A DNA stretch of 64,000 nt from Nostoc sp. (GCA_036918135.1 JBALDB010000063.1:21105-85104), one strand, 5' to 3'. Shown: positions 1-10,495, numbered from the stretch's first letter. Notes: generated by a model not told the origin, from the letters alone. Numbers and translations: made by a program.

Positions 1-893
1 ATCACACGGTCTGTTTTCAATGCTTGACGAACTTCGCGGACAGTTGTGTTGATTACATCATCTAAATTTAGCGATCGCCGAATTTGCAGGATAATCTCCG
101 TAAATAACTGCGAACGTTTGGCTTGGGCTTGTTGGTGTGCTAAAAGCTTTGTTTGGGCAGACAAACGCCGCTCTACAAAGGAGATCGTCAGTGTGAAACC
201 GAGAATAATGAATGTGGCACTGCCAATGGAAACACCCAACCAAGTTAGGGAATTGTTCGTTTTTCCTAACCCAGATATTGCTGTTAGATTAGTAGGCGTA
301 AATCTAGCAGCGGCCATGCCGATATACTGCATCCCAGCAAGCGCTCCTCCGATAAAAAGCGCACTGCCAACTTTCACCCACCATCTAGTTGTACTGCTTT
401 GTATACTTAATTGGAAGGTAATACTTAGGATGAGAATCGATGCACCGATAGCGATCGCTAAAGAAAGTATCAACAGCAGTGGATTATACGTGGTAGTTGC
501 TTGGAGCCGTATCGCCAGCATTCCGATGTAGTGCATGGAGCCGATACCAATACCGATTAACGTCCCACCAATCAGCAATTGCCAAATACTCAACGCTGGG
601 CGACTGGCTAGGAAAAGTGCCCCCCCGGAAGCAATGACAGCAGCTAGCATAGAAACCAGCACAGTCAACACATCATAGGTTATTCGTATTGGCAGACTCA
701 AAGCTAGTATGGCGACAAACTGCATCGACCAAATTCCAATTCCGATAACGATTGCACCGCCAATTAACCAGGCGACTTTTGCCGAAGCTTTGGCTGCTAT
801 TACCCTGCCAGCCAAATCAACAGCAGTATATGAAGCCAAAACGGCGATCGCAATTGAAAGTGTTATCAGGCGTAGGTCGTAGATGCTACTCAT
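1..893 (-). CDS. MHYT-domain membrane sensor followed by a GAF domain (5' part only, runs off the window)
   Basis: Not in the ORF track. Manual translation from ATG 893 gives MSSIYDLRLITLSIAIAVLASYTAVDLAGRV...GIGIWSMQFVAI...GIGSMHYIGM...LAGMQYIGMAA...IRRSLNLDDVINTTVREVRQALKTDRV, i.e. MHYT repeats then a typical cyanobacterial GAF start. Confidence 0.9.
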   Translation of the reverse strand, partial: MSSIYDLRLITLSIAIAVLASYTAVDLAGRVIAAKASAKVAWLIGGAIVIGIGIWSMQFVAILALSLPIRITYDVLTVLVSMLAAVIASGGALFLASRPALSIWQLLIGGTLIGIGIGSMHYIGMLAIRLQATTTYNPLLLILSLAIAIGASILILSITFQLSIQSSTTRWWVKVGSALFIGGALAGMQYIGMAAARFTPTNLTAISGLGKTNNSLTWLGVSIGSATFIILGFTLTISFVERRLSAQTKLLAHQQAQAKRSQLFTEIILQIRRSLNLDDVINTTVREVRQALKTDRV

Positions 894-1423
894 AACTATA
901 TCTGCTTGGAACCTTAACTGAAGCTTATGCTTTATTTTTTTATCACTTTTGAGTAATTCTTAGGAATTGAAAATTGGACATTAGCGATTGGGTATGAGAA
1001 AATAAGCTCAAGTTTGGACGGACACTTAGTAATTAGGGCTAATACACAGCTCGGTGGATATAAAGACAACTAAAAGCTTGTGACTTCCTGAGATTCAGAA
1101 ATTAAACTAACTTAATATAACTCCTGTCTTTGTGTCTCCTATATTCCCCATACCCAATGCCGATTAATAATTACAAATTATCTATAGCTGTGATAGATTT
1201 TATATCTATTTGGGTATGTTAATAAAAAGTGCGAATTGTGATATTCTCATACTTAGATACTAAAAATTAGATACTCCAAATCAGCGTGTAGCTAATGCAT
1301 TCTAGTTTACAGAAGACAAATTAATAACTAGCAAAAACTATGCACGACCAAAGTTCTCAAAACAGACGGTTGTAGGTTGTTAATTCTCAAGAGTGCTTCC
1401 AAAACCTGAGTCAAGCAAACAAA

Positions 1424-2878
1424 ATGATACCAACACTTTTAAACGATCGCTATCGGATAATTAGCGTACTTGGAACTGGTGGATTTTGTGAAACATTCTT
1501 AGCCGAAGATACCCAAATGCCTTCGGGACGACGTTGTGTAATTAAGCAACTTAAACCAGTTACCGACAACCCAGACGTTTACCAGTTAGTTCAAAGGCGA
1601 TTTCAAAGAGAAGCCGCAATTTTAGAGGAACTGGGGGGAAGTAGCAATCAAATTCCTACTTTATACGCTTACTTTCAAGCAGATGGGCAATTCTACCTCG
1701 TACAGGAATGGATTTCTGGACAAACCCTCAACCAACAAGTAAAACAAAACGGTTGTTTGAGCGAAAGTGAAGTAGTTCCCATATTAATTAATTTATTGAA
1801 GCTGCTGGACTTCGTACATACCAAAGGCATCATTCACCGCGATATTAAACCAGACAATATTATTCTACGTTCATCTGATGGGAAACCAATTTTAATTGAT
1901 TTTGGTGCAGTGCGAGAAACGATGGCAACAGTGATGTATCCAGAAGGCACTGTTAGTAATTCAATGATTATTGGTACACCAGGTTTTATGCCCAGCGAAC
2001 AAGCAGCAGGGCGTCCAGTATTTGCCAGTGACTTATATAGTTTGGCGCTAACAGCTATTTTTCTGTTGATGGGAAAATTGCCCCACGAATTGATGACAGA
2101 CTCCTACACTGGAGAGCAAGTTTTCAATAGGGATGCCATCAGTTCAAATTTGATGGAAATATTAAAAAAAGCAACTCAGTTTGATGTTAGAGAGCGTTAT
2201 TCTACTGCCAAAGAAATGCTCGATCCGTTGCAGGCGATTGCCAATTCGACTGCACCCAAAGTACCAATGTATAGTCAAGTATCTGCTTTGACTAATTCTA
2301 TAATCCAACTGCCACCCGCTCAAAGCAGTATTCAAAACGCTATTTTTATTGGTAGTACTTTGGTCGGCGGTGGATTAATTGGTGCATGTGTGATTGTTGG
2401 TCTTTTGTTAGCAAATTCTCCCCAATCTGGCACATTTCAAAAAGGTACATCTTCGCTACTCCCAAAACCTGGATTTTCTGAAAATTCTTCCTTGTCTCTT
2501 CCACTTGGAAGGGCAAATTATCAAATAGGCACAACTCATGAATCACCAATTACAAACGGTGCTAATTTGCCTAATTCTTTTTATTTTGTAGCAAATTCGA
2601 GTTTGCCAAATCTCCAAACTGCAATCGAGCAAGTGAAAATTTTACAGACTCAAGGAATTACTCAATCAGGAGTGTTCTGGATACCAGATTATCCGAATAT
2701 ATCAGAGAAAAAAAATTTATTTATAGTTTATGTAGCCGCCTTTAAAGACCGTGCTAATTGTATTAACTTTCTCAAAACTTACGGACAAATCAATCCACAA
2801 GCCTATTGTGCCTTTGCTAGTAAAGATTTAAATGCACCAATGGCTCGAGTCTTTTTTAAAGAACTGAAAGTAAAATAA
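1424..2878 (+). CDS. Ser/Thr protein kinase (Pkn2 type) with TM helix and C-terminal SPOR-like extracytoplasmic domain
   Basis: VIKQL, HRDIKPDN, DFG and GTPGFMPSEQ motifs; hydrophobic segment GGGLIGACVIVGLLLA. Confidence 0.93.
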   Translation: MIPTLLNDRYRIISVLGTGGFCETFLAEDTQMPSGRRCVIKQLKPVTDNPDVYQLVQRRFQREAAILEELGGSSNQIPTLYAYFQADGQFYLVQEWISGQTLNQQVKQNGCLSESEVVPILINLLKLLDFVHTKGIIHRDIKPDNIILRSSDGKPILIDFGAVRETMATVMYPEGTVSNSMIIGTPGFMPSEQAAGRPVFASDLYSLALTAIFLLMGKLPHELMTDSYTGEQVFNRDAISSNLMEILKKATQFDVRERYSTAKEMLDPLQAIANSTAPKVPMYSQVSALTNSIIQLPPAQSSIQNAIFIGSTLVGGGLIGACVIVGLLLANSPQSGTFQKGTSSLLPKPGFSENSSLSLPLGRANYQIGTTHESPITNGANLPNSFYFVANSSLPNLQTAIEQVKILQTQGITQSGVFWIPDYPNISEKKNLFIVYVAAFKDRANCINFLKTYGQINPQAYCAFASKDLNAPMARVFFKELKVK

Positions 2879-2967
2879 TTTTGTATTTGAGATTTATTAC
2901 ATCAAAAGGGATGGGGTATGACTGTAAACAAAAATTGCATTATCTAATAATCTCAAATCAGCATACC

Positions 2968-3600
2968 TCACAGCATAATTAAACCTAGTCTTACAGCCAC
3001 AGTCACAGCTTCGGTACGGCTGGAGACACTAAGCTTTTGAAAAATCGATGAGAGATGGAATTTGACAGTATGCTCAGAGATGTGCAAGCGTTTTGCGATC
3101 GCTTTATTGCCTAATCCAGACCCAAGCATTGCTAAAACTTCTATTTCGCGTGGCGTCAAGCTTTGCACAGGATTTGCTGTTGTCTTTTCCTGCGTCTGTA
3201 ACAATTCTATAGCATTTGGGTGCAGTACTATCAAATTAACAGCGATCGCCTCCACAGCACGGACTATTTCTGACTCTGTGCTACTGCTGAGCAATATACC
3301 CCGAATGCCTGCTCGTAAAGACCTTTCCAAGTCGATGCTGTCGAGTTCTTCAACGATAACCAGCATTGGTAATAGGTATTTTTCTTCTGAAATCAGCAGT
3401 AATTTTTCCCAGACTGATTGTTGAAAATTACTGCTGATATCTATGAGTACAACATCTGGCTGTAATAGTTCGACTTCTGCGGCTAATACCTCCAAATCTG
3501 ATGCACTCCCGACAACTGTCAACTGGGGATTGCTACTTACCACAGCAGACAACCCTGCCCGCGCCACAAAAGAAGTAGCAACTACCATTATCCGGATCAT
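2968..3600 (-). CDS. NarL/LuxR-family response regulator (atypical receiver)
   Basis: Receiver-like N-terminus (PDVVLID) and LuxR HTH LTPREIEVL...NKAIAKRLHISEHTVKFHLSSIFQKL. Confidence 0.93.
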   Translation of the reverse strand: MIRIMVVATSFVARAGLSAVVSSNPQLTVVGSASDLEVLAAEVELLQPDVVLIDISSNFQQSVWEKLLLISEEKYLLPMLVIVEELDSIDLERSLRAGIRGILLSSSTESEIVRAVEAIAVNLIVLHPNAIELLQTQEKTTANPVQSLTPREIEVLAMLGSGLGNKAIAKRLHISEHTVKFHLSSIFQKLSVSSRTEAVTVAVRLGLIML

Positions 3601-3791
3601 GTCGTCTCCACAGCAGTTTGCAACTAATATTTACTTTATCAATAGTCTGTTAGTTCTCAATCCGATAACGTATCAGCTGCTTTATTGCTGTTATTGGTAA
3701 TCTTAAAGCTTGAGCGATCGCAGCATCAAATTGAGCAAATTCACCGGCAACTCAAATTTCATCTGCTTCAAAACCGAATCAATTCGATACA

Positions 3792-4199
3792 TCAACGAGT
3801 AACCACAAAGGCAGCAAGAGCGATCGCCACAACATCTTCAATAAGGGCAGATGGGATCGCACCAATACGCTCGATGGCTGCTATACGCACCGCCCGACCG
3901 CCGTAGGCACCGATCAGTGCGCCTAAAACCCCAATCACTGCTCCAACGAGTGCAAAACTGCTGTTTGCTCCAGCGATTATCCATCCCACAATACCACCAC
4001 TGAGAATCCGAGCAATCAAAGCAGGAGGACTTGTACGAGATGGTATTTGCGGCACCATATCACCAATCAACTCAGCTACAGCAAAGAAAACCAAAATAAT
4101 ACCTACAATACCGCCACGCGCCAAGAATAAAGCAGCGGGGGCTGTAAACGCTCGCAATCCCGCAACTAACCCCAATACAAATGCAGAAATCAGTGTCAT
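3792..4199 (-). CDS. small membrane protein (DUF4126-like)
   Basis: GLVAGLRAFTAP, ELIGDMVP and ALIEDVVAI motifs; hydrophobic throughout. Confidence 0.7.
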   Translation of the reverse strand: MTLISAFVLGLVAGLRAFTAPAALFLARGGIVGIILVFFAVAELIGDMVPQIPSRTSPPALIARILSGGIVGWIIAGANSSFALVGAVIGVLGALIGAYGGRAVRIAAIERIGAIPSALIEDVVAIALAAFVVTR

Positions 4200-4328
4200 A
4201 TATATAAACAGTCTTTACTTGAATATGTATAAGTCTACAATTTTGTCTGAAAAAATAAAGACTCAAAGCTTGGTTAAATTAAAGCTTCAGAGTCTCGATT
4301 CGATTATTCTTTTATATTTTTCTTACTA

Positions 4329-6500
4329 CTATTTTACATCATTAGCGATAATTCCAATTAAATTCAACTTACTCAAAATTTCAATAGCTTGAATCAATTG
4401 ATTTCCCTTTACTTTACCCATACGTTCTACCATGACGATCGCATTGCAAAAAGAGGCGATAATTCTCGCATCAACTGTGGCTAAAATTGATGGAGCATCT
4501 ATTAGCACTAAGTCATAATTTTCTTCAAACAATTCAATTAGTTCTTTCATTCTCTGAGAACTCAGCAGCTTCACCCTGTCGTCTGGAACAGGCCCAGCAG
4601 TCAAAATATCAATAAAGGGGTGAATGGGTTGAATGTAATCTTGAAAATCGCTAGTTGTCTCATCAACTAATAACAAAGATAGTCCCCAATCATTGGAGAG
4701 TTCTAATACTTTATGCAGGTTAGGATTTTCTAAGTTAGCATCAATTACTAACACGCGTCGATGCATTCGGTTAGCACTAGCCACTAAGCCTAATACTAAA
4801 GTTGTCTTCCCTTCTCCTGGTAGCGCTGAAGTCAACATCAAGGATTTAAAGGGTAAGGGATATTTTAATATTTTAATGTTTTGGTAGATCATGTCCAAAG
4901 TTTCATGGACAGGCAACTTAGCACTGGGTTCTACCATCGCCGGAGGTAAACTTCGTTGCTGATTCCAAGACCGATTGAAGAAGCGCTTTTGACTCCCAAG
5001 CGATCGCAATTTTGGTACTGTTCCCAATACGCGCAGATTTGTCAGTTTATTGACATCTGCTGTAGTGTAAATAGTATCATTATACTTTTCTATCATCAAG
5101 GCTATTAAAATACCCAAAATCGGCCCAAATAGTCCTCCCCCAAGTAAAAAGAATAATCTGCCATTTCCTACATAAGTACCCAAAGCAGGTTCTTCCAAAA
5201 ATTGCCAATTATATCCTTCCTGAGCAATTTTCATTCCTGATGACTGTTGTGCTTGAAGCAGTTGTTCCAAGGTTTTATGACTAGCTTCTACCTTTTGTCG
5301 CAGACGATTATATTCTGCTGTCAGGTTTGGATATTTGCCAAGCTCAGAACGAAGTTGCTGTTCTGACTGCACTAAACTTTTTTCATTAGCTGTTAGTCCT
5401 AAAACATTTGTCTGTAGTAGAATAAATTCGTCTACTAGACTGGGATCGATATCTACTATCGGCGCTTTTGAGAGTTGTTCTACCTTATTACTAGTATTAG
5501 TAATAGTTCTCACTTCTTGCCGTAACAGTGTTAGTTGATTTTGGCGTTGCTGTTTGAGTTTTTCTACTGATGGATAATCATCTGTATAACGCAACCGTTC
5601 CTTAGCTAAGGCTAGTTCGGTTTTTTGAATTTCATTTAATAGCGTCTGGTAGCGGCTTGACTGATTTAAACGAGCAGAAAGTTGGCTATTTTGTTGGGAA
5701 GAGGAAGCTATTTGTTGTTGGAGACTACTGTAGCGAGCGTTTACATCTTGAAGCTGGGCACGAGTAGTTTGTAGCTGTTGTTGAATATCAGCAAGAGATT
5801 GTAGCAGAATTTTACTTTGTGCTTCTGGGTCGAGTAAATTATGTTTCTTGCGAAACTGCTCTAAATTTTTATCAGCTTGAGTGACTTCTTTTTTGAGTTC
5901 GGGTAGGCGGGTATTGACAAAAGCCAGTCCCTGAGCCAAACGCTCTTTTTGTTGTTCTGTGTTGTAGTTTTGATAGACTTTCTGTAAAGCTTGAAGTACT
6001 CTTTGCGCTTTAACTGGATCGCGATCGCTAAAGGAAACTTCAAATACTTCACTTAAAACTTGATTAGCCCCTGTATTTGCCTGTTCTTGGGTGACTTTCA
6101 GAGGTGTTATTTTGTTGGATTCTCTTTGACCTTTGATATATTCTAAGGTAATATCAGGATACTCAGAATGAAGTAAATCTACGGTTTTTTGAAGCAGTTT
6201 GGTACTCAGCATGAGTTTCATCTGAGTACTGTAATCAGCAGTTTTGGTGTTTGCCTGTTGTGTGATATTATTTGACGGTGTTTCTTGGAATACATTTGAA
6301 CTCACCAGTATCTGTATGTGGCTTTGATAACTAGGTTTGGCTTTGATAGCAAAGAAGCTGGCAACTGACATGATTACACAAGAAACCCCCAAAATCACCA
6401 AGCGTTGACGAAGCAAAATAGTAGGTAGTTGTCTGATGTCAACCCTGCTTTTTTCTGAGGTAGTAACTTGTTGCTCTTGATTGAGACTAGTCTTAACCAC
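4329..6500 (-). CDS. Wzc/GumC-family polysaccharide chain-length determinant / BY-kinase-like protein
   Basis: N-terminal TM, long coiled coil, second TM, then Walker A SALPGEGKTT, VIDANL and VLIDAP. GTG 6500 follows GAGGAG (ORF track starts at TTG 6506). Confidence 0.9.
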   Translation of the reverse strand: MVKTSLNQEQQVTTSEKSRVDIRQLPTILLRQRLVILGVSCVIMSVASFFAIKAKPSYQSHIQILVSSNVFQETPSNNITQQANTKTADYSTQMKLMLSTKLLQKTVDLLHSEYPDITLEYIKGQRESNKITPLKVTQEQANTGANQVLSEVFEVSFSDRDPVKAQRVLQALQKVYQNYNTEQQKERLAQGLAFVNTRLPELKKEVTQADKNLEQFRKKHNLLDPEAQSKILLQSLADIQQQLQTTRAQLQDVNARYSSLQQQIASSSQQNSQLSARLNQSSRYQTLLNEIQKTELALAKERLRYTDDYPSVEKLKQQRQNQLTLLRQEVRTITNTSNKVEQLSKAPIVDIDPSLVDEFILLQTNVLGLTANEKSLVQSEQQLRSELGKYPNLTAEYNRLRQKVEASHKTLEQLLQAQQSSGMKIAQEGYNWQFLEEPALGTYVGNGRLFFLLGGGLFGPILGILIALMIEKYNDTIYTTADVNKLTNLRVLGTVPKLRSLGSQKRFFNRSWNQQRSLPPAMVEPSAKLPVHETLDMIYQNIKILKYPLPFKSLMLTSALPGEGKTTLVLGLVASANRMHRRVLVIDANLENPNLHKVLELSNDWGLSLLLVDETTSDFQDYIQPIHPFIDILTAGPVPDDRVKLLSSQRMKELIELFEENYDLVLIDAPSILATVDARIIASFCNAIVMVERMGKVKGNQLIQAIEILSKLNLIGIIANDVK

Positions 6501-7678
6501 TATCAAACTCCTCTAATATCAAAAGAATATATTTGAAAGATTGCAAGAAACATTTTTTTAAATGATTTTTTTACACATAGAGCCAGAACATAATACTTAA
6601 TTATTGTGCCAAAAATTAAACCACTTGGGATAAGATTATCTCAACTAACGTTTTCATGTTCATCAATACCTGGATATAAATTTTAAATCAGTACTAGAAA
6701 AACAAAATTTCAATAAATATTCATTTATAGAAAAAATCTTGGCAAAAAATTAATTATTTTTTGAGCAAATTGAGATAAAAACTGTTAGAATATGCAACTT
6801 TGCTATATATTAAAGTTTTTTTTGTAACTGGTAATTTAGAAAACATATTCATAAAAATATTTAAATAATATTTTTACATTATTGATACACTTAGTTAACT
6901 ACTAATTTATGGTTAACTAGTTAACTTAACTGAGCAATATAAACTACTGTTTATTTGTTAGATGTTATAAGTTGAGCTAGCAAACCTTAAAATCGAGCTT
7001 GCTCGCTACTATCAGGGCATTGATTGCAATCGATGTCAAGCGATCGCCTCAAAACAGCCCAGCCTTACATCAATTTTATACATTGACTCCAAAAAAAACG
7101 AAGTAATTAAAACAATATTATCCCTTAACAAAAATCTGATAAAAAATGTCGAATCGTTGTTTTAGCCTACAAGTAAAGGATTCTGCCAGCTATTCGCTTC
7201 GTTATCTTCTCATAAAGTTGAATATTTTTCTCTAGATTTGTACCTAAACAGTAACAATAAAGGTCTTTTTTAATTGATACTGTCTCTGAAATTGTCTAAG
7301 TTTTCAATGATGATTTTCATAGCCACTAAAAAACTTAGATTCGGCTAGCACTTAAGTTGATATGACAAGAGAATTCCCAAAGCTGATGATTTCAATTTAT
7401 AACTTATGCACCAGATTCGGCAGTTAGCTAGAAAATCTGTGGTAACTTTGAAATCCTTATCTGACAAGAATTTCAGGTATTTACTTGATATGGCGATCGC
7501 GTTTGGCGCGATTTTTAAAGGTTATTAAAACTTAATCTTTGCTAGATCGAAAAAATATGAGAATGACCTTACCTTAAGGCTCCTGAAGAACCTTGGAAGA
7601 CTTTTGCACATATTCGGCAAAACTTTAGACGTGTTTCTCGTTTCTTTTTCTCTCTATGTTTAGTTGAGAATTCTTTCC

Positions 7679-10495
7679 ATGACAGAACCTAATAATACCT
7701 TTAACCAAGCGACAGTTGTTCCCGACATTTATTTGGAACAGAATTTCTACACCAGTGACTCGGTTAGTCCAAGCGATTTGGATGATTACTACAAGTTCTT
7801 TACCCTCTATGGGCCGTCAACCCTCTACGGCGCTCTCAATGGCTTATCAGCCGACGCCGATTTATACGTCTACGACCAAAATCAGAACCTAGTTGCCAGC
7901 AGTACTTTAGGCAGTAACCAGAGCGAGACAATCAACGTTGCGCTACAAGGCAATCAGTACTACTACGTTAAAGTACACAACTACAATTCATCTAATACAA
8001 CGAATTATGGACTGTACTTATATAATGATTATTCTGGCCCAACTTTAGCAACAGCAAGGGATATTGGCACTAGTTGGGGACAAACCAGCAGTAAGTATTT
8101 AGCTTATAACAAGATTGGTTGGCAAGACTATCTCGACTACCGCGATAACGTTGACGTTGTGAAATTCACGATGGAAGCCCCTGGCACCATCAGTTTGCGG
8201 ATGAAGGATTTCACCTATACTGGTGGGTTGCAGGCGACGATGCAATTGCTCGATTCCAATGGCAACGTGTTGCAGACTGTCGCTGGTACTGTGGGCAACG
8301 GTCTGAATGTCGATCGCTACTCTGCCCCTGCTGGCACTTATTACGTTAAGTATACCCAGACTTACGGTTCTGACCCTTACACCGTCAGGATTGTCACTGA
8401 TTACGCAGGTGATGTTACTGGCACAGCACGAGACTTGGGCAACGTCAGTGGCAGCAGTCGTCGCTTGTACGACATGGTAGGAGGCGAGTTTGGGCTGCCA
8501 ACTTATGAAGATGCTAACGACCTCTACAAATTCACCCTAGATAAAACCTCGCCCATCGATATCCGGTTGGACATCGATACCTCTGCCTTCCCACCTCCAA
8601 CCTTCGATGCGAATTTACGCCTTGCCCGTGACACAAACAACGATGGGTTTATTTCAGCAGATGAAGTTTTTCTTTCATCATCGAACCCAGGAGACGACCA
8701 ACTCTCAACCACCTTAGGGGCGGGTACTTATTACGTTCAGGTGGTGCAAAACGGAGCCTATACCAACTATCAGCTCGATTTAGATTCAGACTTTGATGCT
8801 GTTCCCAGCGATCCACAACCTTCCAGCAATCTGTCAAAGGCGCGATCGCTCGGTAATTTAATTGGGGAAACACCTTATATTGATGATGGGTCTGGCATCA
8901 GTGCGGGTGATTTCTCTGATTACTTCAAGTTCACAATGACTGCTGCGGGTCAACTCTCAGCTTCAGCATTTACTAACCCCTACTACTCTAGAAATACCCA
9001 AAATCCAACACTGTCAATTGTTCGAGACTTGAATAATAACCAGCGGCTCGACCCTGGTGAAACAATTACGCCGTTTAGTGTTGGTTCGCTGAGTGCCAAC
9101 TTGGCAGCAGGAACGTACTTTATTCATGCAAATGTTTATGGTGAACAAGCCGCTTACTCCCTGCGACTGGTGTCAGACTACGCTGGCAATACCTTAAGCA
9201 CAGCCCGGCCACTAGCAGCGATTAGTGGGGCAACGCCGCCCAACCAAACTTTCCAAGACTACATCGAACAAGCTTTCGATGCTTCCAGCGATGTTAACGA
9301 TTTCTATCGCTTCGATCTGCCCAGTACTTACGAAGTGACGCTGAACACCACGGGTGTTGCTGGTGAAGATTTATCGCTTTCACTGATTAAGGATGTCAAC
9401 AACAATGGTGCGATCGATGCAGGTGATATCTTAGCGACATCAAACGCCTTGAACTCGCCAACAGAAACTCTCTCACGGGTACTAGGGGCTGGGCGGTATT
9501 TTGTCCGCGTCCAGGGGGTTAATGGTTCTACAAACTACACGCTGACCTCAAAGTTCGTCAGCCCAAGTCAAGACCCTGATGATACAATCGCTGAAGTTGA
9601 GAATCGTTCAGCAAATATTAAGACACTAGGCCAGTTCGTTGACTTTTCGCTCAATACCCAAACTGATACCGATCTGGTGAAATTTACGGTCTCCGCTGGG
9701 CAGCAGGTAGGGTTTGATGTGGATTCTCGCAATGGGTCAAACCTCAACACCTACCTCAGGGTCTTCAACTCCAGTGGTACACAACTGGCGGCTAATAACG
9801 ATGGAGCTGCGCCGGGTGAAGCCTCTAGCCAGTTTTCTTACTTGGCTTATACATTTACTCAGGCGGGCACATACTACGTTGGCGTGTCCCTTAGCCCCAA
9901 CTCCAATTACAACGCTGTGACGGGTGTTGGCGATATCGGTGGTTCCGGGACTACAGGAGACTACCGTTTGACGCTTAACGATCTGGGACGAGTGTTTACT
10001 GGGGATGCTCTTAACAACTCGATCGCAGGCGGTAGTGGCAATGATAACCTGAATGGGGCTGGGGGCAATGACACAATTACAGGTGGTAACGGCAACGATA
10101 CACTCATCGGTGGTACTGGCAATGACCTACTGGTTGGTGGTAGTGGAAATGATGTGCTAACCGGAGGTGATGGAGCAGATGCGTATCGGTTTACAGCTCC
10201 TAGCGATCGCCTGGATACGATTAATGGCTTCAGTGGCTCTGGTGGCGACAAGATACAGATATCTGCTGCCGGCTTTGGTGGGGGATTGGTCGCAGGCAGC
10301 CTCACCTCAGACCGTTTTCGTTCCGGTGCGGGTATTACCACAGCAAACACAACAACTCAGCGATTCATTTACAATACATCGACTGGAGCTTTATTCTATG
10401 ATGCCGATGGCAGCTTAGGAGGTTCTGCACCATTACAGATTGCCGCCTTGTCCGGCAGTCCTGCCTTGAGCAACACCAATATTGCGATTATCTAA
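7679..10495 (+). CDS. large secreted Ca-binding protein with tandem PPC (pre-peptidase C-terminal)-like domains and C-terminal RTX repeats
   Basis: Repeated D.YKF...DADL...AGTYYV.V modules; GGxGND nonapeptides near the C-terminus; terminal FIYNTSTGALFYDADG motif; no signal peptide. Confidence 0.85.
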   Translation: MTEPNNTFNQATVVPDIYLEQNFYTSDSVSPSDLDDYYKFFTLYGPSTLYGALNGLSADADLYVYDQNQNLVASSTLGSNQSETINVALQGNQYYYVKVHNYNSSNTTNYGLYLYNDYSGPTLATARDIGTSWGQTSSKYLAYNKIGWQDYLDYRDNVDVVKFTMEAPGTISLRMKDFTYTGGLQATMQLLDSNGNVLQTVAGTVGNGLNVDRYSAPAGTYYVKYTQTYGSDPYTVRIVTDYAGDVTGTARDLGNVSGSSRRLYDMVGGEFGLPTYEDANDLYKFTLDKTSPIDIRLDIDTSAFPPPTFDANLRLARDTNNDGFISADEVFLSSSNPGDDQLSTTLGAGTYYVQVVQNGAYTNYQLDLDSDFDAVPSDPQPSSNLSKARSLGNLIGETPYIDDGSGISAGDFSDYFKFTMTAAGQLSASAFTNPYYSRNTQNPTLSIVRDLNNNQRLDPGETITPFSVGSLSANLAAGTYFIHANVYGEQAAYSLRLVSDYAGNTLSTARPLAAISGATPPNQTFQDYIEQAFDASSDVNDFYRFDLPSTYEVTLNTTGVAGEDLSLSLIKDVNNNGAIDAGDILATSNALNSPTETLSRVLGAGRYFVRVQGVNGSTNYTLTSKFVSPSQDPDDTIAEVENRSANIKTLGQFVDFSLNTQTDTDLVKFTVSAGQQVGFDVDSRNGSNLNTYLRVFNSSGTQLAANNDGAAPGEASSQFSYLAYTFTQAGTYYVGVSLSPNSNYNAVTGVGDIGGSGTTGDYRLTLNDLGRVFTGDALNNSIAGGSGNDNLNGAGGNDTITGGNGNDTLIGGTGNDLLVGGSGNDVLTGGDGADAYRFTAPSDRLDTINGFSGSGGDKIQISAAGFGGGLVAGSLTSDRFRSGAGITTANTTTQRFIYNTSTGALFYDADGSLGGSAPLQIAALSGSPALSNTNIAII

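Noticed and set aside
46..531. 161-aa plus-strand ORF
   Set aside because: Antisense shadow of the minus-strand MHYT gene; the same applies to most short ORFs nested in long genes in the track.
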